From assembly GCA_039621445.1 (NCBI GenBank), contig CP154954.1, positions 34,953,703 through 35,017,702 on the forward strand: DNA of 64,000 bases, in the 5' to 3' direction. The translations under genes were made by a program, and so were the position numbers. The notes beneath the pieces are model-generated. The model made no database searches. It was not told the origin of the DNA and saw nothing but the letters and a program-made list of their open reading frames with translations. The stretch comes from Euglena gracilis. Lineage: Eukaryota. Shown piece by piece: positions 1 to 13,600 of this stretch (within the stretch, counting starts at the first letter, position 1; each line of letters opens with the position of its first letter).

Positions 1-1270
1 TATTACCATTAAACCACGACAATCATGAAACCAACGGGTCCCCTGACTTTGGAGGCCTCCTGGAACACCCATTTAGTTACTCGGAGTAAGGCCCAATTTG
101 GTCCATTTTTACACGGTAACCTGGGCTGACCTGGTAAATGTCCCCCGAAATGGTCGAATGCACCCATCTAAATGTGCTCATTTCTTGCAACCAACATTCC
201 CGCGGCATGTTTTTCTTACCATTAAACCACGACAATCATGAAACCAACGGGTCCCCTGACTTTGGAGGCCTCCTGGAACACCCATTCAGTTACTCGGAGT
301 AAGGCCCAATTTGGTCCATTTTTACATGGTAGCCAGGGCTGACCTGGTAAACGTCCCCCGGAATGGTCGAAGGCACCCATCTAAATGTGCTCATTTCTTG
401 CAACCAACATTCCCGTTCCATGTTTTTCTTACCATTAAACCACGACAATCATGAAACCAACGGGTCCCCTGACTTTGGAGGCCTCCTGGAACACCCATTC
501 AGTTACTCGGAGTAAGGTCCAATTTGGTCCATTTTTACAATCTAACCTGGGCTGACCTGGTAAACGTCCCCCGAAATGGTCGAATGCACCCATCTAAATG
601 TGCTCATTTCTTGCAACCAACATTCCCGCTGCATGTTTTTCTTACCATTAAACCACGACAATCATGAAACCAACGGGTCCCCTGACTTTGGAGGCCTCCT
701 GGAACACCCATTTAGTTACTCGGAGTAAGGCCCAATTTGGTCCATTTTTACACGGTAACCTGGGCTGACCTGGTAAATGTCCCCCGAAATGGTCGAATGC
801 ACCCATCTAAATGTGCTCATTTCTTGCAACCAACATTCCCGCGGCATGCTTTTCTTACCATTAAACCACGACAATCATGAAACCAACGGTTCCCCTGACT
901 TTGGAGGCCTCCTGGAACACCCATTCAGTTACTCGGAGTAAGGCCCAATTTGGTCCATTTTTACATGGTAGCCAGGGCTGACCTGGTAAACGTCCCCAAA
1001 ATGGTCGAATGCACCCATCTAAATGTGCTCATTTCTTGCAACCAACATTCCCGTTGCATTTTTTTATTACCATTAAACCACGACAATCATGAAACCAACG
1101 GGTCCCCTGACTTTGGAGGCCTCCTGGAACACCCATTCAGTTACTCGGAGTAAGGCCCAATTTGGTCCATTTTTACAATCTAACCTGGGCTGACCTGGTA
1201 AACGTCCCCCGGAATGGTCGAATGCACCCATCTAAATGTGCTCATTTCTTGCAACCAACATTCCCGCTGC
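1..1270 (+). repeat. 3-monomer (~639 bp) higher-order repeat, 2 copies
   Basis: The rare variant ATTTAGTTAC is at 71 and 710 (639 bp apart). TACAATCTAACC is at ~536 and ~1174, and GGTAGCCAGGG at ~328 and ~967. Confidence 0.75.
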
Positions 1271-4200
1271 ATGTTTTTCTTACCATTAAACCACGACAAT
1301 CATGAAACCAACGGGTCCCCTGACTTTGGAGGCCTCCTGGAACACCCATTCGGTTACTCGAAGTAAGGCCCAATTTGGTCCATTTTTACACGGTAACCTG
1401 GGCTGACCTGGTAAACGTCCCCGGAAGTGGTCGAATGCACCCATCTAAATGTGCTCATTTCTTGCAACCAACATTCTTGCTGCATTTTTTTCTTACAATT
1501 AAACGAAGACAATCATGAAACTAACGGGTCCCCTGACTTTGGAGGCCTCCTGGAACACCCATTCGGTTACTCGGAGTAAGGCCCAATTTGGTCCATTTTT
1601 ACATGGTAACCTGGGCTGACCTGGTAAACGTCCCCCGGAGTGGTCGAATGCACCCCTCTAAATGTGCTCATTTCTTGCAACCAACATTCCCGCTGCATGT
1701 TTTTCTTACCATTAAACCACGACAATCATGAAACCAACGGGTCCCCTGACTTTGAAGGCCTCCTGGAACACCCATTCGGTTACTCGGAGTAAGGCCCAAT
1801 TTGGTCCATTTTTACACGGTAACCTGGGCTGACCTGGTAAACGTCCCCCAAAATGGTCGAATGCACCCATCTAAATGTGCTCATTTCTTGCAACCAAAAT
1901 TCCCGCTGCATGTTTTTCTTACCATTAAACCACGACAATCATGAAACCAACGGGTCCCCTGAATTTGGAGGCCTCCTGGAACACCCATTCGGTTACTCGG
2001 AGTAAGGCCCAATTTGGTCCATTTTTACACGGTAACCTGGGCTGACCTGGTAAACGTCCCCCGGAATGGTCGAATGCACCCATCTAAATGTGCTCATTTC
2101 TTGCAACCAACATTCCCGCTGCATGTTTTTATTACCATTAAACCACGACAATCATGAAACCAACGGGTCCCCTGACTTTGGAGGCCTCCTGGAACACCCA
2201 TTCGGTTACTCGGAGTAAGGCCCAATTTGGTCCATTTTTACACGGTAACCTGGGCTGACCTGGTAAATGTCCCCCGAAATGGTCGAATGCACCCATCTAA
2301 ATGTGCTCATTTCTTGCAACCAACATTCCCGCGGCATGTTTTTCTTACCATTAAACCACGACAATCATGAAACCAACGGGTCCCCTGACTTTGGAGGCCT
2401 CCTGGAACACCCATTCAGTTACTCGGAGTAAGGCCCAATTTGGTCCATTTTTACATGGTAGCCAGGGCTGACCTGGTAAACGTCCCCCGGAATGGTCGAA
2501 GGCACCCATCTAAATGTGCTCATTTCTTGCAACCAACATTCCCGCTGCATGTTTTTCTTACCATTAAACCACGACAACCATGAAACCAACGGGTCCCCTG
2601 AATTTGGAGGCCTCCTGGAACACCCATTCGGTTACTCGAAGTAAGGCCCAATTTGGTCCATTTTTACATGGTAACCTGGGCTGACCTGGTAAACGTCCCC
2701 CGGAATGGTCGAATGCACCCATCTAAATGTGCTCATTTCTTGCAACCAACATTCCCGGGGCATGTTTTTCTTACCATTAAACCACGACAATCATGAAACC
2801 AACGGGTCCCCTGACTTTGGAGGCCTCCTGGAACACCCATTCAGTTACTCGGAGTAAGGCCCAATTTGGTCCATTTTTACATGGTAACCAGGGCTGACCT
2901 GGTAAACGTCCCCCGGAATGGTCGAAGGCACCCATCTAAATGTGCTCATTTCTTGCAACCAACATTCCCGCGGCATGTTTTTCTTATTATTAAACCACGA
3001 CAATCATGAAACCAACGGGTCCCCTGACTTTGGAGGCCTCCTGGAACACCCATTCAGTTACTCGGAGTAAGGCCCAATTTGGTCCATTTTTACATGGTAA
3101 CCTGGGCTGACCTGGTAAACGTCCCCCAAAATGGTCGAATGCACCCATCTAAATGTGCTCATTTCTTGCAACCAACATTCCTGCTGCATGTTTTTCTTAC
3201 AATTAAACCACGACAATCATGAAACCAACGGGTCCCCTGACTTTGGAGGCCTCCTGGAACACCCATTCGGTTACTCGAAGTAAGGCCCAATTTGGTCCAT
3301 TTTTACACGGTAACCTGGGCTGACCTGGTAAACGTCCCACGGAATGGTCGAATGCACCCATCTAAATGTGCTCATTTCTTGCAACCAACATTCTTGCTGC
3401 ATTTTTTTCTTACAATTAAACGAAGACAATCATGAAACCAACGGGTCCCCTGACTTTGGAGGCCTCCTGGAACACCCATTCGGTTACTCGGAGTAAGGCC
3501 CAATTTGGTCCATTTTTACATGGTAACCTGGGCTGACCTGGTAAACGTCCCCCGGAATGGTCGAATGCACCCATCTAAATGTGCTCATTTCTTGCAACCA
3601 ACATTCCCGCTGCATGTTTTTATTACCATTAAACCACGACAATCATGAAACCAACGGGTCCCCTGACTTTGGAGGCCTCCTGGAACACCCATTCAGTTAC
3701 TCGGAGTAAGGCCCAATTTGGTCCATTTTTACATGCTAACCTGGGCTGACCTGGTAAACGTCCCCCGAAATGGTCGAATGCACCCATCTAAATGTGCTCA
3801 TTTCTTGCAACCAACATTCCCGCTGCATGTTTTTCTTACCATTAAACCACGACAATCATGAAACCAACGGGTCCCCTGACTTTGGAGGCCTCCTGGAACA
3901 CCCATTCAGTTACTCGGAGTAAGGCCCAATTTGGTCCATTTTTACATGGTAACCTGGGCTGACCTGGTAAACGTCCCCCGGAATGGTCGAATGCACCCAT
4001 CTAAATGTGCTCATTTCTTGCAACCAACATTCCGGCGGCATGTTTTTCTTACCATTAAACCACGACAATCATGAAACCAACGGGTCCCCTGACTTTGGAG
4101 GCCTCCTGGAACACCCATTCGGTTACTCGAAGTAAGGCCCAATTTGGTCCATTTTTACACGGTAACCTGGGCTGACCTGGTAAACGTCCCCGGAAGTGGT

Positions 4201-7200
4201 CGAATGCACCCATCTAAATGTGCTCATTTCTTGCAACCAACATTCTTGCTGCATTTTTTTCTTACAATTAAACGAAGACAATCATGAAACTAACGGGTCC
4301 CCTGACTTTGGAGGCCTCCTGGAACACCCATTCGGTTACTCGGAGTAAGGCCCAATTTGGTCCATTTTTACATGGTAACCTGGGCTGACCTGGTAAACGT
4401 CCCCCGGAGTGGTCGAATGCACCCCTCTAAATGTGCTCATTTCTTGCAACCAACATTCCCGCTGCATGTTTTTCTTACCATTAAACCACGACAATCATGA
4501 AACCAACGGGTCCCCTGACTTTGGAGGCCTCCTGGAACACCCATTCGGTTACTCGGAGTAAGGCCCAATTTGGTCCATTTTTACACGGTAACCTGGGCTG
4601 ACCTGGTAAACGTCCCCCAAAATGGTCGAATGCACCCATCTAAATGTGCTCATTTCTTGCAACCAACATTCCCGCTGCATGTTTTTCTTACCATTAAACC
4701 ACGACAATCATGAATCCAACGGGTCCCCTGACTTTGGAGGCCTCCTGGAACACCCATTCGGTTACTCGGAGTAAGGCCCAATTTGGTCCATTTTTACACG
4801 GTAACCTGGGCTGACCTGGTAAACGTCCCCCGGAATGGTCGAATGCACCCATCTAAATGTGCTCATTTCTTGCAACCAACATTCCCGCTGCATGTTTTTA
4901 TTACCATTAAACCACGAAAATCATGAAACCAACGGGTCCCCTGACTTTGGAGGCCTCCTGGAACACCCATTCGGTTACTCGGAGTAAGGCCCAATTTGGT
5001 CCATTTTTACACGGTAACCTGGGCTGACCTGGTAAACGTCCCCCGGAATGGTCGAATGCACCCATCTAAATGTGCTCATTTCTTGCAACCAACATTCCCG
5101 CTGCATGTTTTTCTTACCATTAAACCACGACAATCATGAAACTAACGGGTCCCCTGACTTTGGAGGCCTCCTGGAACACCCATTCGGTTACTCGGAGTAA
5201 GGCCCAATTTGGTCCATTTTTACACGGTAACCTGGGCTTGACCTGGTAAATGTCCCCCGAAATGGTCGAATGCACCCATCTAAATGTGCTCATTTCTTGC
5301 AACCAACATTCCCGCGGCATGTTTTTCTTACCATTAAACCACGACAATCATGAAACCAACGGGTCCCCTGACTTTGGAGGCCTCCTGGAACACCCATTCA
5401 GTTACTCGGAGTAAGGCCCAATTTGGTCCATTTTTACATGGTAACCAGGGCTGACCTGGTAAACGTCCCCCGGAATGGTCGAAGGCACCCATCTAAATGT
5501 GCTCATTTCTTGCAACCAACATTCCCGCTGCATGTTTTTCTTACCATTAAACCACGACAATCATGAAACCAACGGGTCCCCTGAATTTGGAGGCCTCCTG
5601 GAACACCCATTCGGTTACTCGGAGTAAGGCCCAATTTGGTCCATTTTTACATGGTAACCTGGGCTGACCTGGTAAACGTCCCCCGGAATGGTCGAATGCA
5701 CCCATCTAAATGTGCTCATTTCTTGCAACCAACATTCCCGCTGCATGTTTTTCTTACCATTAAACCACGACAATCATGAAACCAACGGGTCCCCTGACTT
5801 TGGAGGCCTCCTGGAACACCCATTCAGTTACTCGGAGTAAGGCCCAATTTGGTCCATTTTTACATGGTAACCAGGGCTGACCTGGTAAACGTCCCCCGGA
5901 ATGGTCGAAGGCACCCATCTAAATCTGCTCATTTCTTGCAACCAACATTCCCGCGGCATGTTTTTCTTACCATTAAACCACGACAATCATGAAACCAACG
6001 GGTCCCCTGACTTTGGAGGCCTCCTGGAACACCCATTCAGTTACTCGGAGTAAGGCCCAATTTGGTCCATTTTTACATGGTAACCTGGGCTGACCTGGTA
6101 AACGTCCCCCAAAATGGTCGAATGCACCCATCTAAATGTGCTCATTTCTTGCAACCAACATTCCTGCTGCATGTTTTTCTTACCATTAAACCACGACAAT
6201 CATGAAACCAACGGGTCCCCTGACTTTGGAGGCCTCCTGGAACACCCATTCGGTTACTCGAAGTAAGGCCCAATTTTGTCCATTTTTACACGGTAACCTG
6301 GGCTGACCTGGTAAACGTCCCCGGAAGTGGTCGAATGCACCCATCTAAATGTGCTCATTTCTTGCAACCAACATTCTTGCTGCATTTTTTTCTTACAATT
6401 AAACGAAGACAATCATGAAACTAACGGGTTCCCCGACTTTGGAGGCCTCCTTGAACACCCATTCGGTTACTCGGAGTAAGGCCCAATTTGGTCCATTTTT
6501 ACACGGTAACCTGGGCTGACCTGGTAAACGTCCCCCGAAATGGTCGAATGCACCCATCTAAATGTGCTCATTTCTTGCAACCAACACTCCCGCTGCATGT
6601 TTTTCTTACCATTAAACCACGACAATCATGAAACCAACGGGTCCCCTGACTTTGGAGGCCTCCTGGAACACCCATTCAGTTACTCGGAGTAAGGCCCAAT
6701 TTGGTCCATTTTTACATGGTAACCTGGGCTGACCTGGTAAACGTCCCCCGGAATGGTCGAAGGCACCCATCTAAATGTGCTCATTTCTTGCAACCAACAT
6801 TCCCGCTGCATGTTTTTCTTACCATTAAACCACGACAATCATGAAACCAACGGGTCCCCTGACTTTGGAGGCCTCCTGGAACACCCATTCGGTTACTCGG
6901 AGTAAGGCCCAATTTGGTCCATTTTTACACGGTAACCTGGGCTGACCTGGTAAACGTCCCCCGAAATGGTCGAATGCACCCATCTAAATGTGCTCATTTC
7001 TTGCAACCAACATTCCGGCGGCATGTTTTTCTTACCATTAAACCACGACAGTCATGAAACCAACGGGTCCCCTGACTTTGGAGGCCTCCTGGAACACCCA
7101 TTCAGTTACTCGGAGTAAGGTCCAATTTGGTCCATTTTTACATGCTAACCTGGGCTGACCTGGTAAACGTCCCCCGAAATGGTCGAATGCACCCATCTAA

Positions 7201-7599
7201 ATGTGCTCATTTCTTGCAACCAACACTCCCGCTGCATGTTTTTCTTACCATTAAACCACGACAATCATGAAACCAACGGGTCCCCTGACTTTGGAGGCCT
7301 CCTGGAACACCCATTCAGTTACTCGGAGTAAGGCCCAATTTGGTCCATTTTTACATGGTAACCAGGGCTGACCTGGTAAACGTCCCCCGGAATGGTCGAA
7401 GGCACCCATCTAAATGTGCTCATTTCTTGCAACCAACATTCCCGCGGCATGTTTTTCTTACCATTAAACCACGACAGTCATGAAACCAACGGGTCCCCTG
7501 ACTTTGGAGGCCTCCTGGAACACCCATTCGGTTACTCGAAGTAAGGCCCAATTTGGTCCATTCTTACACGGTAACCTGGGCTGACCTGGTAAACGTCCC

Positions 7600-10500
7600 C
7601 GGAAGTGGTCGAATGCACCCATCTAAATGTGCTCATTTCTTGCAACCAACATTCCCGCGGCATTTTTTTCTTACAATTAAACGAAGACAATCATGAAACT
7701 AACGGGTCCCCTGACTTTGGAGGCCTCCTGGAACACCCATTCGGTTACTCGGAGTAAGGCCCAATTTGGTCCATTTTTACATGGTAACCTGGGCTGACCT
7801 CGTAAACGTCCCCCGGAATGGTCGAATGCACCCATCTAAATGTGCTCATTTCTTGCAACCAACATTCCCGCGGCATGTTTTTCATACTATTAAACCACGA
7901 CAATCATGAAACCAACGGGTCCCCTGAATTTGGAGGCCTCCTGGAACACCCATTCGGTTACTCGGAGTAAGGCCCAATTTGGTCCATTTTTACATGGTAA
8001 CCTGGGCTGACCTGGTAAACGTCCCCCGGAATGGTCGAATGCACCCATCTAAATGTGCTCATTTCTTGCAACCAACATTCCCGAGGCATGTTTTTCTTAC
8101 CATTAGACCACGACAATCATGAAACCAACGGGTCCCCTGACTTTGGAGGCCTCCTGGAACACCCATTCAGTTACTCGGAGTAAGGCCCAATTTGGTCCAT
8201 TTTTACATGGTAGCCAGGGCTGACCTGGTAAACGTCCCCCGGAATGGTCGAAGGCACCCATCTAAATGTGCTCATTTCTTGCAACCAACATTCCCGCGGC
8301 ATGTTTTTCTTACCATTAAACCACGACAATCATGAAACCAACGGGTCCCCTGAATTTGGAGGCCTCCTGGAACACCCATTCGGTTACTCGGAGTAAGGCC
8401 CAATTTGGTCCATTTTTACATGGTAACCTGGGCTGACCTGGTAAACGTCCCCCGGAATGGTCGAATGCACCCATCTAAATGTGCTCATTTCTTGCAACCA
8501 ACATTCCCGCGGCATGTTTTTCTTACCATTAAACCACGACAATCATGAAACCAACGGGTCCCCTGACTTTGGAGGCCTCCTGGAACACCCATTCGGTTAC
8601 TCGGAGTAAGGCCCAATTTGGTCCATTTTTACATGGTAACCAGGGCTGACCTGGTAAACGTCCCCCGGAATGGTCGAAGGCACCCATCTAAATCTGCTCA
8701 TTTCTTGCAACCAACATTCCCGCGGCATGTTTTTCTTACCATTAAACCACGACAATCATGAAACCAACGGGTCCCCTGACTTTGGAGGCCTCCTGGAACA
8801 CCCATTCAGTTACTCGGAGTAAGGCCCAATTTTGTCCATTTTTACATGGTAACCTGGGCTGACCTGGTAAACGTCCCCCAAAATGGTCGAATGCACCCAT
8901 CTAAATGTGCTCATTTCTTGCAACCAACTTTCCTGCTGCATGTTTTTCTTACCATTAAACCACGACAATCATGAAACCAACGGGTCCCCTGACTTTGGAG
9001 GCCTCCTGGAACACCCATTCGGTTACTCGAAGTAAGGCCCAATTTTGTCCATTTTTACACGGTAACCTGGGCTGACCTGGTAAACGTCCCCGGAAGTGGT
9101 CGAATGCACCCATCTAAATGTGCTCATTTCTTGCAACCAACATTCTTGCTGCATTTTTTTCTTACAATTAAACGAAGACAATCATGAAACTAACGGGTCC
9201 CCTGACTTTGGAGGCCTCCTGGAACACCCATTCGGTTACTCGGAGTAAGGCCCAATTTGGTCCATTTTTACATGGTAACCTGGGCTGACCTCGTAAACGT
9301 CCCCCGGAATGGTCGAATGCACCCATCTAAATGTGCTCATTTCTTGCAACCAACATTCACGCGGCATGTTTTTCATACTATTAAACCACGACAATCATGA
9401 AACCAACGGGTCCCCTGAATTTGGAGGCCTCCTGGAACACCCATTCGGTTACTCGGAGTAAGGCCCAATTTGGTCCATTTTTACATGGTAGCATGGGCTG
9501 ACCTGGTAAACGTCCCCCGGAATGGTCGAATGCACCCATCTAAATGTGCTCATTTCTTGCAACCAACATTCCCGAGGCATGTTTTTCTTACCATTAGACC
9601 ACGACAATCATGAAACCAACGGGTCCCCTGACTTTGGAGGCCTCCTGGAACACCCATTCAGTTACTCGGAGTAAGGCCCAATTTGGTCCATTTTTACATG
9701 GTAGCCAGGGCTGACCTGGTAAACGTCCCCCGGAATGGTCGAAGGCACCCGTCTAAATGTGCTCATTTCTTGCAACCAACATTCCCGCGGCATGTTTTTC
9801 TTACCATTAAACCACGACAATCATGAAACCAACGGGTCCCCTGAATTTGGAGGCCTCCTGGAACACCCCTTCGGTTACTCGGAGTAAGGCCCAATTTGGT
9901 CCATTTTTACATGGTAACCTGGGCTGACCTGGTAAACGTCCCCCGGAATGGTCGAATGCACCCATCTAAATCTGCTCATTTCTTGCAACCAACATTCCCG
10001 CGGCATGTTTTTCTTACCATTAAACCACGACAATCATGAAACCAACGGGTCCCCTGACTTTGGAGGCCTCCTGGAACACCCATTCGGTTACTCGGAGTAA
10101 GGCCCAATTTGGTCCATTTTTACATGGTAACCAGGGCTGACCTGGTAAACGTCCCCCGGAATGGTCGAAGGCACCCATCTAAATCTGCTCATTTCTTGCA
10201 ACCAACATTCCCGCTGCATGTTTTTCTTACCATTAAACCACGACAATCATGAAACCAACGGGTCCCCTGACTTTGGAGGCCTCCTGGAACACCCATTCAG
10301 TTACTCGGAGTAAGGCCCAATTTTGTCCATTTTTACATGGTAACCTGGGCTGACCTGGTAAACGTCCCCCAAAATGGTCGAATGCACCCATCTAAATGTG
10401 CTCATTTCTTGCAACCAACTTTCCTGCTGCATGTTTTTCTTACCATTAAACCACGACAATCATGAAACCAACGGGTCCCCTGACTTTGGAGGCCTCCTGG

Positions 10501-10670
10501 AACACCCATTCGGTTACTCGAAGTAAGGCCCAATTTTGTCCATTTTTACACGGTAACCTGGGCTGACCTGGTAAACGTCCCCGGAAGTGGTCGAATGCAC
10601 CCATCTAAATGTGCTCATTTCTTGCAACCAACATTCTTGCTGCATTTTTTTCTTACAATTAAACGAAGAC
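7600..10670 (+). repeat. 7-monomer (1491 bp) higher-order repeat, 2 tandem copies
   Basis: AAACGAAGAC at 7679, 9170 and 10661; TCGTAAACG at 7800 and 9291; CATTAGACC at 8101 and 9592. All are offset by 1491 = 7x213. Confidence 0.9.
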
Positions 10671-13600
10671 AATCATGAAACTAACGGGTTCCCTGACTTT
10701 GGAGGCCTCCTGGAACACCCATTCGGTTACTCGGAGTAAGGCCCAATTTGTTCCATTTTTACATGGTAACCAGGGCTGACCTGGTAAACGTCCCCCGGAA
10801 TGGTCGAATGCACCCATCTAAATGTGCTCATTTCTTGCAACCAACATTCCCGCTGCATGTTTTTCTTACCATTAAACCACGACAATCATGAAACCAACGG
10901 GTCCCCTGACTTTGGAGGCCTCCTGGAACACCCATTCGGTTACTGGGAGTAAGGCCCAATTTGGTCCATTTTTACACGGTAACCTGGGCTGACCTGGTAA
11001 ACGTCCCCCGAAATGGTCGAATGCACCCATCTAAATGTGCTCATTTCTTGCAACCAACATTCCCGCGGCATGTTTTTCTTACCATTAAACCACGACAGTC
11101 ATGAAACCAACGGGTCCCCTGACTTTGGAGGCCTCCTGGAACACCCATTCGGTTACTCGAAGTAAGGCCCAATTTGGTCCATTCTTACACGGTAACCTGG
11201 GCTGACCTGGTAAACGTCCCCGGAAGTGGTCGAATGCACCCATCTAAATGTGCTCATTTCCTGCAACCAACATTCTTGCTGCATTTTTTTCTTACAATTA
11301 AACGAAGACAATCATGAAACTAACGGGTCCCCTGACTTTGGAGGCCTCCTGTAACACCCATTCGGTTACTCGGAGTATGGCCCAATTTGGTCCATTTTTA
11401 CATGGTGACCTGGGCTGACCTCGTAAACGTCCCCCGGAATGGTCGAATGCACCCATCTAAATGTGCTCATTTCTTGCAACCAACATTCCCGCGGCATGTT
11501 TTTCATACTATTAAACCACGACAATCATGAAACCAACGGGTCCCCTGAATTTGGAGGCCTCCTGGAACACCCATTCGGTTACTCGGAGTAAGGCCCAATT
11601 TGGTCCATTTTTACATGGTAACCTGGGCTGACCTGGTAAACGTCCCCCGGAATGGTCGAATGCACCCATCTAAATGTGCTCATTTCTTGCAACCAACATT
11701 CCCGCGGCATGTTTTTCTTACCATTAAACCACGTCAATCATGAAACCAACGGGTCCCCTGACTTTGGAGGCCTCCTGGAACACCCATTCAGTTACTCGGA
11801 GTAAGGCCCAATTTGGTCCATTTATACACGGTAACCTGGGCTGACCTGGTAAACGTCCCCCAAAATGGTCGAACGCACCCATCTAAATGTGCTCATTTAT
11901 TGCAACCAACATTCCGGCTGCATGTTTTTCTTACCATTAAACCACGACAATCATGAAACCAACGGGTCCCCTGACTTTGGAGGCCTCCTGGAACACCCAT
12001 TCAGTTACTCGGAGTAAGGTCCAATTTGGTCCATTTTTACATGATAACCTGGGCTGACCTGGTAAACGTCCCCCGAAATGGTCGAATGCACCCATCTAAA
12101 TGTGCTCATTTCTTGCAACCAACATTCCCGCTGCATGTTTTTCTTACCATTAAACCACGAAAATCATGAAACCAACGGGTCCCCTGACTTTGGAGGCCTC
12201 CTGGAACACCCATTCGGTTACTCGAAGTAAGGCCCAATTTTGTCCATTTTTACACGGTAACCTGGGCTGACCTGGTAAACGTCCCCGGAAGTGGTCGAAT
12301 GCACCCATCTAAATGTGCTCATTTCTTGCAACCAACATTCTTGCTGCATTTTTTTCTTACAATTAAACGAAGGCAATCATGAAACCAACGGGTCCCCTGA
12401 CTTTGGAGGCCTCCTGGAACACCCATTCGGTTACTCGGAGTAAGGCCCAATTTGGTCCATTTATACACGGTAACCTGGGCTGACCTGGTAAACGTCCCCC
12501 AAAATGGTCGAATGCACCCATCTAAATATGCTCATTTATTGCAACCAACATTCCCGCTGCATGTTTTTATTACCATTAAACCACGACAATCATGAAACCA
12601 ACGGGTCCCCTGACTTTGGAGGCCTCCTGGAACACCCATTCAGTTACTCGGAGTAAGGTCCAATTTGGTCCATTTAACATGCTAACCTGGGCTGACCTGG
12701 TAAACGTCCCCCGAAATGGTCGAATGCACCCATCTAAATGTGCTCATTTCTTGCAACCAACATTCCTGCTGCATGTTTTTCTTACCATTAAACCACGACA
12801 ATCATGAAACCAACGGGTCCCCTGACTTTGGAGGCCTCCTGGAACACCCATTCGGTTACTCGAAGTAAGGCCCAATTTGTCCATTTTTACACGGTAACCT
12901 GGGCTGACCTGGTAAACGTCCCCCGAAATGGTCGAATGCACCCATCTAAATGTGCTGATTTATTGCAACCAACATTCCCGCTGCATGTGTTTCTTACCAT
13001 TAAACCACGAAAATCATGAAACCAACGGGTCCCCTGACTTTGGAGGCCTCCTGGAACACCCATTCGGTTACTCGAAGTAAGGCCCAATTTTGTCCATTTT
13101 TACACGGTAACCTGGGCTGACCTGGTAAACGTCCCCCGAAATGGTCGAATGCACCCATCTAAATGTGCTCATTTCTTGCAACCAACATTCCCGCTGCATG
13201 TTTTATTACCATTAAACCACGACAATCATGAAACCAACGGGTCCCCTGACTTTGGAGGCCTCCTGGAACACCCATTCGGTTACTCGGAGTAAGGCCCAAT
13301 TTGGTCCATTTTTACACGGTAACCTGGGCTGACCTGGTAAACGTCCCCGGAAGTGGTCGAATGCACCCATCTAAATGTGCTCATTTCTTGCAACCAACAT
13401 TCTTGCTCCATTTTATCTTACAATTAAACGAAAACAATCATGAAACCAACGGGTCCCCTGACTTTGGAGGCCTCCTGGAACACCCATTCGGTTACTCGGA
13501 GTAAGGCCCAATTTGGTCCATTTTTACACGGTAACCTGGGCTGACCTGGTAAACGTCCCCCGAAATGGTCGAATGCACCCATCTAAATGTGCTCATTTCT

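Noticed and set aside
1-213. 5S rRNA, tRNA or snRNA tandem gene array
   Set aside because: I see no recognisable 5S sequence, tRNA cloverleaf or snRNA motif in the monomer. An Rfam/Infernal scan would confirm this.
29-242. Internal sub-repeats (CACCCAT twice, AACCAAC twice, CAT(G)TTTTT twice) suggesting an ancestral ~53 or ~106 bp unit
   Set aside because: The spacings (95, 53/160, about 102 bp) are inconsistent and the matches are too short to support by eye.
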